A DNA stretch of 64,000 bases from contig JBJFGS010000025.1 of assembly GCA_051892935.1 (NCBI GenBank), positions 80,813 through 144,812 of the forward strand. The letters run 5' to 3'. Numbering within the stretch: the stretch's first letter is position 1; each line of letters opens with the position of its first letter. Origin of the DNA: Candidatus Coprovivens sp. (GTDB taxonomy: Bacteria; Bacillota_I; Bacilli_A; RF39; UBA660). The notes under the pieces are model-generated. The model had not been told where the DNA came from, did no database searches, and worked only from the letters and a program-made list of their open reading frames with translations. Position numbers and translations under genes: made by a program. This document shows, piece by piece, positions 8,980 through 16,289 of the stretch.

Positions 8980-10476
8980 ATGAATTACAATGAAGCAAAA
9001 GAATACTTAAAAAGATATTTAAAAGCAAGAATACCAGTTATTATAATTAATACAGCAGAAAAAAATCGTTCATTAAGATTAATTAAAGAAATTGCCAATG
9101 AAGCAAATATGAATTTTAATTTATATCAAATGTCTCAAGGAATATCTGATTTAAAAACAAATACAATAAAAAGCGAAGATAAAACAATAATGAGTGCCAT
9201 TGATTACATTGTAAACGAAATAAGACACCAAGAAAATAGTAATTTTATCATAAGTGATATATCAGATATATACGAATCAACCACCATTTCAAGGTACCTT
9301 GTAGATGTAATAGAAAAAGCAGAAACCATGTCTGGAGTAATAGTTTTAGTTACAAACGAACCAATTTGGTCAAATATTCAAAGATTAGGAATAACAATCA
9401 AACTAAACTACCCTACAGAATCAGAATTAAAAGAAACAATAATGAACACTATTTCTCCTTATAAAAACCAAATTGAAATAGAATGGGATGAAATAGACTA
9501 TGTAAATGCTGCAACATATCTTCAAGGATTAAGTGAAATGGAAGTAAAAAATATTATCTCATCATTAATTGTAAAAGGTTCAATAAAAAAAGAAGATTTA
9601 AAAGAACTAAAATATGCAAAACAAACTTTATTTAATGAAATAGCAGGGTTAGAAGCTATTGAAGTAGATGATGACTTTCAAATAGCTGGACTAGATAATT
9701 TAAAAGAATGGTTATATGAAAAGAAAACTTTAATGGATCCAGCAAAAAAAGAAGAGCTATCAAAAAGAGGAATTGCTGCTCCTCGAGGAATTCTACTAAC
9801 TGGAGTACCAGGTTGCGGAAAAAGTCTTTGTTCAAAAGCAACAGCAAGTATCTTTAATATTCCCTTATATAGACTTGATTTAGCAACTGTTCAAGGTCAA
9901 TACGTTGGTCAATCAGAAAAACAACTCAAAGAAGCTCTAGATACAGCAGAATACGTTTCCCCTTGTGTTCTTTGGATTGATGAAATAGAAAAAGGATTAA
10001 ACGATTCAAATTCTAGTGTTACATCAAAAATGATTGGCCAATTCCTATTTTGGTTACAAGAATGTGAAAAGCCCGTATTCGTAATAGCATCAGCTAATAG
10101 CGTTGAATCACTACCACCAGAACTAATAAGAAAAGGACGTTTTGATGAAATATTCTTCGTTGATTTACCAAACGCATCCGAAAGAAAACAACTACTAAAA
10201 TTATATTCAAATAAATATTTAAAAGTAGAAATAAGTGAAGAACTAAAAAACAAACTAGTCTCAATAACCGAAGGATTCGCAAGCGCTGATATTGAGGCAA
10301 CAATTCGTAATATAGCATATAAATTAATTGCCAATAAAGATATCGAATTAACAGAAAGACTTATAATAGAAGAATTATCAAAAGTAGTATCACTATCCAA
10401 AACAAATCCAGAAAAAATAGAAAAAATACGAAAATGGGGACAAGAAAGAGCAACCAAAGCATCAAAAGATATATAG
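8980..10476 (+). CDS. AAA+ ATPase (classical clade) with a degenerate N-terminal AAA-like half
   Basis: Walker A GVPGCGKS, Walker B VLWIDEIEK, second-region/Arg-finger PPELIRKGRFDEIFFVDLP. The N-terminal ~260 aa (PVIIINTAEKNRS...VIVLVTNEP) lack a P-loop. ATG at 8980 is preceded by ggag. Confidence 0.85.
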   Translation: MNYNEAKEYLKRYLKARIPVIIINTAEKNRSLRLIKEIANEANMNFNLYQMSQGISDLKTNTIKSEDKTIMSAIDYIVNEIRHQENSNFIISDISDIYESTTISRYLVDVIEKAETMSGVIVLVTNEPIWSNIQRLGITIKLNYPTESELKETIMNTISPYKNQIEIEWDEIDYVNAATYLQGLSEMEVKNIISSLIVKGSIKKEDLKELKYAKQTLFNEIAGLEAIEVDDDFQIAGLDNLKEWLYEKKTLMDPAKKEELSKRGIAAPRGILLTGVPGCGKSLCSKATASIFNIPLYRLDLATVQGQYVGQSEKQLKEALDTAEYVSPCVLWIDEIEKGLNDSNSSVTSKMIGQFLFWLQECEKPVFVIASANSVESLPPELIRKGRFDEIFFVDLPNASERKQLLKLYSNKYLKVEISEELKNKLVSITEGFASADIEATIRNIAYKLIANKDIELTERLIIEELSKVVSLSKTNPEKIEKIRKWGQERATKASKDI

Positions 10477-10484
10477 GTGATAAA

Positions 10485-11312
10485 ATGAAAGAAAAAAAAG
10501 ACATCAAATATCTTGTCAAAAGTAACAATTACATAGGACTATTATTCTTCGCGCTAGTACTAGCATCACTATTATATATATTAAAAAAAGAAGAAACAAC
10601 ATTTCAAAACATCGAACCAACTATGAATGAAATAACAAACTTACAAGAACAACCTAAAGAAATAACAGAGCCAACAAAAGAAATATCAGATCTCCAAAAC
10701 TATCTAAATACCGGAGATCCAAACACATTTAATATATATCAATCACATTATATATTAAATGAAAAAATAACAAAAGATAACCTTAATAACGAAACTCTTC
10801 TATATATGGCATATAAATATATAGAAAAAACAACCGACTTCACAAACTATATAAACTACCTGGGTTGTGATGAAGCTCAAATCATAGGACTAGATAATCA
10901 AATAACACAATGTGGTGGAACCAAAATAAATGCTACTACTTATACGATGAACAGATATATTACAAAAGAATTATTAAATAAAACAATCAAAAAAATATTT
11001 AACATAAATCTAACTCAATATACAAACTTTTATACAAGTGAAGATAATCTATGTTACTATTTAAAAGACGAATTTTTATGTGTTTCCCATCAAACAAATA
11101 AAATAACAAATTATGGCGAAAAAGAATTTCAAAAAGCATACAAATATAATAATAAAATAGAAATTATAGAAAAATATCATTTCATAAATAATGGAATATA
11201 TTACAAAGGTTTTAATAGCCAAGAAATAGGTGAAGGATATTATAAAAGTACCTTCAATAAAATAAATGGTTCATATTACTGGGAAAGCACAGAGTATTAC
11301 GAAATAAACTAG
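10485..11312 (+). CDS. Membrane-anchored protein (N-terminal TM), unknown function
   Basis: ATG at 10485 follows aggtga. TM helix IGLLFFALVLASLLYIL, then a ~240-aa Asn/Tyr-rich domain. Confidence 0.7.
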   Translation: MKEKKDIKYLVKSNNYIGLLFFALVLASLLYILKKEETTFQNIEPTMNEITNLQEQPKEITEPTKEISDLQNYLNTGDPNTFNIYQSHYILNEKITKDNLNNETLLYMAYKYIEKTTDFTNYINYLGCDEAQIIGLDNQITQCGGTKINATTYTMNRYITKELLNKTIKKIFNINLTQYTNFYTSEDNLCYYLKDEFLCVSHQTNKITNYGEKEFQKAYKYNNKIEIIEKYHFINNGIYYKGFNSQEIGEGYYKSTFNKINGSYYWESTEYYEIN

Positions 11313-11331
11313 TTATTTTAACTAGTTTTTT
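11306..11331 (+). terminator. Rho-independent terminator of the 6701-11312 cassette
   Basis: 9-bp stem aaactagtt / aactagttt with loop atttt, followed by a T run. It overlaps the stop codon. Confidence 0.8.
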
Positions 11332-11372
11332 CTTGATATTTCCTTGACATATCAAGTGTCTAGCAATATAAT
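11332..11372 (+). promoter_or_regulatory. Consensus SigA-type promoter overlapped by a palindromic operator
   Basis: TTGACA (11344-11349), 17-nt spacer, TATAAT (11367-11372). Perfect 8-bp inverted repeat cttgatat...atatcaag (11332-11356) brackets the -35 box. Confidence 0.7.
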
Positions 11373-11408
11373 TAAGATGTAAAATATAAAAGAAAGGAAT
11401 TGGTAAAA

Positions 11409-12176
11409 ATGCGTAAATTAAATGAATTATTTCAAGAATTAGGAATATCTAAAGTAAGATTAGCAAAATATTTAGGAGTTTCAAGACAAATGGTCTATAA
11501 CTATCTAGAACTAAATGATATAAATAAATGGCCAAAAGAAAAAAAATTATTACTATTTAAATTATTAGATATAAATGATAGTAACGCAATAGAAGATATT
11601 CAAGTAACAACAGACTACTTAATGAATGTTGAAAGTAGATTAAATCAAGGAGTAAAAAGTACGGCTGAAATGGATAATGGTTTAAACTTCAAAGGTTTAA
11701 ATAAAGAATCACAAGTACTCCTAAGCGATATAACTTATCTTCTAAAAGAAAAATTAAGTGATGAGACAAAAGAAGAAAACTACTATGCTATTTTATATCT
11801 ATATCATCTACTACAATCTTTAGATAATGTTCCAGAAATTAAATATATATTTGGTTATATGAGTAAAACAACAGGATTTACCAATCCAGAAGAATATAAA
11901 TTTCAAGAAGATAAACAATTTATTTTTGAAGGTATCCTATACTCAGCTTTAACATTATACAACAACGGAGGAGCATCTCGTTCTAAGTTAGCCGAATCAC
12001 ATAAACGTTTTGTACAAGAAATAGAACAAAAAAATGAAGAAAAACTTTCTCGTACACAACAACTAAATACAATAAAAATTCAAGCACTTAAAGAACTAGG
12101 ATTCACAGAAATAAACGAAAGCAATGCTGCCGAAGTATTTGAAAAAATAGCAGAAATTCAATCAAGAAAGGTTTAG
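11409..12176 (+). CDS. HTH-domain transcriptional regulator
   Basis: N-terminus MRKLNELFQELGISKVRLAKYLGVSRQMVYNYLE is a typical helix-turn-helix. The remaining ~200 aa were not recognised. Confidence 0.7.
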   Translation: MRKLNELFQELGISKVRLAKYLGVSRQMVYNYLELNDINKWPKEKKLLLFKLLDINDSNAIEDIQVTTDYLMNVESRLNQGVKSTAEMDNGLNFKGLNKESQVLLSDITYLLKEKLSDETKEENYYAILYLYHLLQSLDNVPEIKYIFGYMSKTTGFTNPEEYKFQEDKQFIFEGILYSALTLYNNGGASRSKLAESHKRFVQEIEQKNEEKLSRTQQLNTIKIQALKELGFTEINESNAAEVFEKIAEIQSRKV

Positions 12177-12191
12177 CAATAAACCTTTTTT
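12167..12191 (+). terminator. Rho-independent terminator
   Basis: Stem aaaggttt / aaaccttt with loop agcaat, followed by a T run. Confidence 0.7.
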
Positions 12192-12209
12192 ATAATAAAA
12201 GGAGTATAT

Positions 12210-12791
12210 ATGAAAAAGAAAATAATAATATTATCTAGCTTACTATTATTAATTAGTGGATGTAAAGAAAAAGAAATAGAATGTGAAGAGCAAAAAGAAG
12301 AAACACTAATAAAATATAATAATACAAAAATAACCGAAAAAGATGCTCTAGAAGAAACAAAAGAATATATCTTTCCAGTTATATTTGAAAAAGTAATAGG
12401 AGATATTTTAACAGAAGAAATGAAGGATAAACTCGAAGATGGAAATAACTACGCAGAAGAAACAATAGAAGAACTAAAAACTTACTATGAAGATGAACTT
12501 GAAAAAGCAATAATATCCTATACATCATATAAAACAATAGAAGAATATAAAAGATCAATTTTAATAAGTTATTTACAAGAAGAATATTTTAAAGAATATA
12601 TTAGCAATAAAGAAAAAATAGATTACAACGAAATTACCGATGATAATTTAACTAATTATTATAAAAAATATTATGTTGAGAGTATAAACGACTTATTAAA
12701 AAAATATAATGTAACATTCGAAAATAAAGATTATAAAAAGATGTATGAAAAATATATAGAAGAAAAAGAAACTTACTATAATAATAACTAA
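12210..12791 (+). CDS. Lipoprotein, unknown function
   Basis: Signal peptide with lipobox LLLLISGC; acidic Glu/Lys/Tyr-rich mature part; RBS aaaggag. Confidence 0.75.
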   Translation: MKKKIIILSSLLLLISGCKEKEIECEEQKEETLIKYNNTKITEKDALEETKEYIFPVIFEKVIGDILTEEMKDKLEDGNNYAEETIEELKTYYEDELEKAIISYTSYKTIEEYKRSILISYLQEEYFKEYISNKEKIDYNEITDDNLTNYYKKYYVESINDLLKKYNVTFENKDYKKMYEKYIEEKETYYNNN

Positions 12792-12812
12792 AGCACATTT
12801 TGTGCTTTTTTA
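12791..12812 (+). terminator. Rho-independent terminator
   Basis: aagcac-atttt-gtgctt followed by tttttt. Confidence 0.8.
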
Positions 12813-13004
12813 ATAATTTAAAGTGTCCTATTAGCATAATAAGAATAGAGAAGGGGAAGATAAAGAAATTAAAGAAAACATTCTTAAAAATAGCTAAAAA
12901 CGCCCAAAAATATATAACATAAATAAAATTAATAAGTATGAAAAAATAATAATTAAAAAATAAAAAGATCAAACTCATAAACATAACATTTGTTCGCTAG
13001 CAAA

Positions 13005-13049
13005 AATTAAAAAACTCCCCCTATTCAAAAATGCAAAAATTAATAGGGG
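13005..13049 (-). terminator. Candidate minus-strand terminator
   Basis: On the minus strand: cccctatt - 16-nt loop - aatagggg, then gag + tttttt. The only G/C-containing hairpin with a T run in this gap; the loop is large. Confidence 0.45.
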
Positions 13050-13102
13050 ACTCGAATTAAAAAAATACAAATAAAACATTCAAAAAAAAGATACAATTAT
13101 TC

Positions 13103-13410
13103 AATGAGATAATGAAACTAATCATATAATTAAATCTCGAATCCTAATTTGAAATAACCACAGTCCATAGATTGATAATTTATCAATTATTTAAATGTCG
13201 ATTCCAATTTCATAATACAGATTACGAAATATTAATTCCACGAGATGATAAATTGTTCATCTTTTAAAATCTCGATGCCGATTTAAAACAATAAATAAGA
13301 AACGAGACGATGAAGTATTCATCAAAAGAAATCTCGATTCCTAATTTAAAAGTTTAAATAGAAATCAAGCTAAAGAACTAATAAGCTAACAGAAATTCGT
13401 TTCCAATAAA
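13103..13410. repeat. Array of five degenerate ~61-74-bp hairpin units
   Basis: Cores aAATCTCGAwtCCnAATTT at 13132-13150, 13193-13210, 13267-13284, 13329-13347, plus a degenerate one at 13393-13408. Each is preceded by a nested inverted repeat, e.g. cgagat-gatga...tcatc-...-atctcg (13241-13274) and cgaga-gatgaa-gta-ttcatc-...-tctcg (13303-13336). Confidence 0.7.
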
Positions 13411-13607
13411 TGCCAAACCAAAAACGAACAAATGTATAACATATAAGAAAATAATAATTTTAAATTTTTTCTTAAATTAAAGATTAATTAAATAATAATT
13501 ATATAATATATATTAATAAAATAAAACTAAAGAAAAATAACATAATAAAGAAATAAATTAACAAAATAATTTTCTATATATAAATGAATTTTTAAATTAA
13601 ATATTTA

Positions 13608-13635
13608 ACTTCGTATAATATATATTATGTTAACC
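13608..13635. other. dif: dif-like XerC/XerD chromosome-dimer resolution site
   Basis: ACTTCGTATAA-TATATA-TTATGTTAACC. This matches 24 of 28 positions of B. subtilis dif as I recall it (ACTTCCTAGAATATATATTATGTAAACT). The right arm matches the E. coli XerD arm TTATGTTAAAT at 9 of 11. It sits at the gene-orientation switch, 1.7 kb from a Xer gene. Confidence 0.75.
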
Positions 13636-13718
13636 AATTAAATATTTTATAAAAAATAAATACTATTATTCATAATAATTATATTTATAAAGTTTAAAAA
13701 AGCTCATATTAAAAACTT

Positions 13719-14447
13719 CTATAAAGATATGATAATTATTATAATTCCAAATATAATCCCCATAATAAGCCATTTATAACATTTATAAGAGATTCCTTCT
13801 TTTAAAATTTTTAAAACACTAAGACTAATCATAATACCACCAGTAATTATTAGAATAATACTCATAATAAAATCATTAATAAAATTATTTAAAAAAATAA
13901 TACTAAATAAAGCACCAAAAACTTCCCCCATAGAACTAATAATAGTCATAAAAAAAGCTTTCCCCCTACTTCCAGTACTATAATAAATAGGTAAACTAAT
14001 ACATATTCCTTCCGGAATATTATGAATCATAATAATAAAACTCATCTTCAAACCTAAAGAAAGATTATTACTACTAGTTAAAGCACAAATAACTCCTTCA
14101 GGAACATTATGAACAAATAAACTAAGCATACTAAGAATACCTATCTTATATAAGCTACTCTCCCCTACAATATTTCTATCAATAACAAAAACAATTATAT
14201 AACCAATCAATAATAAAATTAAACCATACACAAAAATACCAAATATACTAAAATCATTATTAACCAATAATAAACCATCAGGAATTAATTCTATAATAGA
14301 GATTAAAAACATAACTATAAAAGATAACCCCATTGAAAAAGAGATTAACTTATTTTTATATTTTACATCAATAAATAATAGTATATTTCCTAATATAGTA
14401 GCAAATCCAGCTATAAAAGTTATAATTAAAGGATAAATATTTTTCAT
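13719..14447 (-). CDS. zupT: ZIP-family divalent metal transporter (ZupT-like)
   Basis: 242-aa polytopic protein with the paired HNVPEG and HNIPEG motifs of ZIP transporters. Confidence 0.8.
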   Translation of the reverse strand: MKNIYPLIITFIAGFATILGNILLFIDVKYKNKLISFSMGLSFIVMFLISIIELIPDGLLLVNNDFSIFGIFVYGLILLLIGYIIVFVIDRNIVGESSLYKIGILSMLSLFVHNVPEGVICALTSSNNLSLGLKMSFIIMIHNIPEGICISLPIYYSTGSRGKAFFMTIISSMGEVFGALFSIIFLNNFINDFIMSIILIITGGIMISLSVLKILKEGISYKCYKWLIMGIIFGIIIIIISL

Positions 14448-14530
14448 AGTAAATTATATTCAATAAATTACCAACTATTACCATAATATATTATTAAATA
14501 TAGCTAATAATAGTATTAGGAGGTTAGATT

Positions 14531-14656
14531 ATGAGCAGAAAAGAAAATAATCAAAAATCTTCTAGTAGATGTAATAATAATGCTAGAAGCAAAGAAAGAT
14601 CTAATGCTAGATCAAATGAACAAAAACAATCTGGATCAAAAAGCCAAAATAAGTAA
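14531..14656 (+). CDS. Small basic protein (41 aa), absent from the ORF track
   Basis: MSRKENNQKSSSRCNNNARSKERSNARSNEQKQSGSKSQNK. Strong RBS aggagg 7 nt upstream; terminator immediately downstream. Confidence 0.5.
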   Translation: MSRKENNQKSSSRCNNNARSKERSNARSNEQKQSGSKSQNK

Positions 14657-14666
14657 TCAAAATAAA

Positions 14667-14697
14667 AAGAACTATTTTTTAGTTCTTTTATTTTTTT
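14667..14697. terminator. Bidirectional hairpin terminator
   Basis: aagaact-atttttt-agttctt flanked by T runs on both strands. It overlaps the stop of the 14688-15311 gene. Confidence 0.65.
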
Positions 14698-15311
14698 ACC
14701 AAACAAGTAACTGCTTCTCTATCTTTTGTCTCACTATTAACATAATAGCAAGTACATAAATTTTCCCTGCAGCTACCACAATCAACAGCAGTAGCACATT
14801 TCGTTAATCTAATTTTCTCGCTATTTTGAGGGCTAACTGAACCAGGGTTATTAACAACTTTTTCTAAACCTGCAACTTTAGTTGCTCCTTGCTTATTTAA
14901 ATTAGTATATGAACTAGGAATAATTATAGTAAAGCCATCATCGCACTTAGTTTCATACAAATTAGTAAGTTTTTCGTTAAGTACTTTAAATTCAGCCAAT
15001 TGAGCGATACATGAATTTAAATTTATATTATCACAATAATATTTATTATCTAAGTAAGTAAACCAACTACCAACTATATCCAAACTATAATTCTGTATTT
15101 CTTTTCTTTTAGCATCTTCTTTTTTATATTCCTCAAGTAATTCTATTACAGGTTCTAGTTCACTTACACTTCCACTAACATAATACTTAGTCAAACTATT
15201 CGTAACAATCTCCGTATAATCTGAAGTTTTAAAATCAATAATTTTTTTACCTCCAAAAATAATTCCTACAATCAATAATATTATTAGTATAATAGGTAAA
15301 GCCTTTTTCAT
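14688..15311 (-). CDS. Membrane-anchored protein with Cys-rich C-terminus
   Basis: N-terminal TM ALPIILIILLIVGIIFGG. C-terminus reads CATAVDCGSCRENLCTCYY. Its ATG overlaps the Xer stop (ATGA). Confidence 0.7.
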   Translation of the reverse strand: MKKALPIILIILLIVGIIFGGKKIIDFKTSDYTEIVTNSLTKYYVSGSVSELEPVIELLEEYKKEDAKRKEIQNYSLDIVGSWFTYLDNKYYCDNINLNSCIAQLAEFKVLNEKLTNLYETKCDDGFTIIIPSSYTNLNKQGATKVAGLEKVVNNPGSVSPQNSEKIRLTKCATAVDCGSCRENLCTCYYVNSETKDREAVTCLVKK

Positions 15312-16210
15312 AAATCCTCCTTATAAATTTTATTTCTTGGATGACATTGATAATCACTCTTTATTTTCTCATTTACTAAATGAGCATATATTTGTGTAGT
15401 AGATATATCTTCGTGTCCAAGTAATTCTTGTATAATTCTCAAATCTGCCCCATTTTTTAATAAATGAGTAGCAAAAGAATGTCTAAGTACATGAGGAGAT
15501 ACATTTTTCTCTATTCCAGCTCTTTTACATTCTTTCTTTAATATTTTAAAAAATCCTTGCCTACTTATATTAGTCAAACTATTAGAAATAAACAAATAAT
15601 CGGATACTTTATCTTTTAAAATAATATTTCTATATTCCGTAACATAAATAGTCAAATATTTTAAAGCTAAATCAGTAACAGGAACTATTCTTTCCTTTTT
15701 GCCTTTCCCCATAACTCTTATAAAACAATTTTGAACATCAACATCAATTAATTTTAAATTACACAATTCAGTTATTCTAAGCCCTGTTGCATAAAGTAAT
15801 TCTAACATTGCTTTATTTCGATAGTCATAAGGGGTTAATAAGTTTATATTAAGTAACTTATTTACTTCATCTTCAGTTAAATAAGTTGGTAATTTCCTAG
15901 CATTCTTAGGACTAGAAATATTACTACAAGGATTTTCCTTTATAATATTATCATTAACTAAAAAAGTATAAAAAGAATTAATAACTGTTGTATAATGAGA
16001 AATAGTTCTAGAATTCTTATCTTGTATTGTAGCAATATATTTTTTTAAATCATCATAAGTATTATTAACGACATTTCCTTTAAAGAAAATATCAAAGTCT
16101 TTAAGATCATTTAAATAACTCTTTAAAGTATTATTAGATAACTTTCTTTCGAATTCTAAATACTTTAAATACTTATTAATATATTCACTAGGAACATATT
16201 CATCTTTCAT
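15308..16210 (-). CDS. Tyrosine site-specific recombinase, XerC/XerD family
   Basis: N-terminal core-binding YLKYLEFERKLSNNTLKSYLNDL. Catalytic ATGLRITEL, HVLRHSFATHLL, LLGHEDISTTQIYAHL (R-H-R-Y set). Confidence 0.9.
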   Translation of the reverse strand: MKDEYVPSEYINKYLKYLEFERKLSNNTLKSYLNDLKDFDIFFKGNVVNNTYDDLKKYIATIQDKNSRTISHYTTVINSFYTFLVNDNIIKENPCSNISSPKNARKLPTYLTEDEVNKLLNINLLTPYDYRNKAMLELLYATGLRITELCNLKLIDVDVQNCFIRVMGKGKKERIVPVTDLALKYLTIYVTEYRNIILKDKVSDYLFISNSLTNISRQGFFKILKKECKRAGIEKNVSPHVLRHSFATHLLKNGADLRIIQELLGHEDISTTQIYAHLVNEKIKSDYQCHPRNKIYKEDL

Positions 16211-16289
16211 ATTACCACCCTACTATTAAAATTATATAAAATTTCTCATAAAAAGTAAATTACTAAAAAAGATAATCTTTCGATTACCT

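Noticed and set aside
9909-10457. A 182-aa ORF lies antisense to the AAA+ gene, and there are many other 60-110-aa antisense or out-of-frame track ORFs (e.g. 615-839, 6360-6626, 12652-12984, 18221-18439, 18639-18941, 37724-37984, 58242-58460).
   Set aside because: They fall entirely inside stronger genes with clear motifs, lack RBSs, and have low-complexity Leu/Ile/Phe/Ser-rich translations typical of shadow frames in AT-rich DNA.
12974-12996. The TTATGTT-like half-sites near both 11-bp inverted repeats might have been a second, degenerate dif marking an integrated IMEX.
   Set aside because: Only a 7-nt A/T-rich half-arm matches. There is no 6-bp spacer plus second arm, and no cargo genes lie between the candidate sites.
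13132-13150. The core contains TCGAATCC, the tRNA T-loop/T-stem signature, and unit 1 is followed by ...aacca, suggesting tRNA-like fragments.
   Set aside because: No cloverleaf can be drawn. The would-be T-loop is 10 nt, the stems are A/T-only with mismatches, and there are no acceptor or anticodon arms.
13103-13410. The ~61-74-bp periodicity of the conserved cores looked like a CRISPR array.
   Set aside because: The repeats are only ~19 nt long and all differ from one another. The spacer parts share the same nested-palindrome design. There are only five units and no cas genes in the window.
13436-13718. The >90% AT block could have been an origin-type DNA-unwinding element (oriC).
   Set aside because: Genes converge on this point rather than diverging. 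No cluster of DnaA boxes is present (only one 7-of-9 match, ataaccaca at 13154), there is no dnaA or dnaN nearby, and a dif-like site lies inside the block.
14667-14697. This hairpin is nearly the same as the one at 22871-22901 (aaaagaactattttt..tagttcttt), hinting at a dispersed repeat element.
   Set aside because: The similarity covers only ~20 nt of A/T-rich terminator stem at the 3' ends of two genes. That is too short and low in complexity to call a mobile or repeated element without a genome-wide count.
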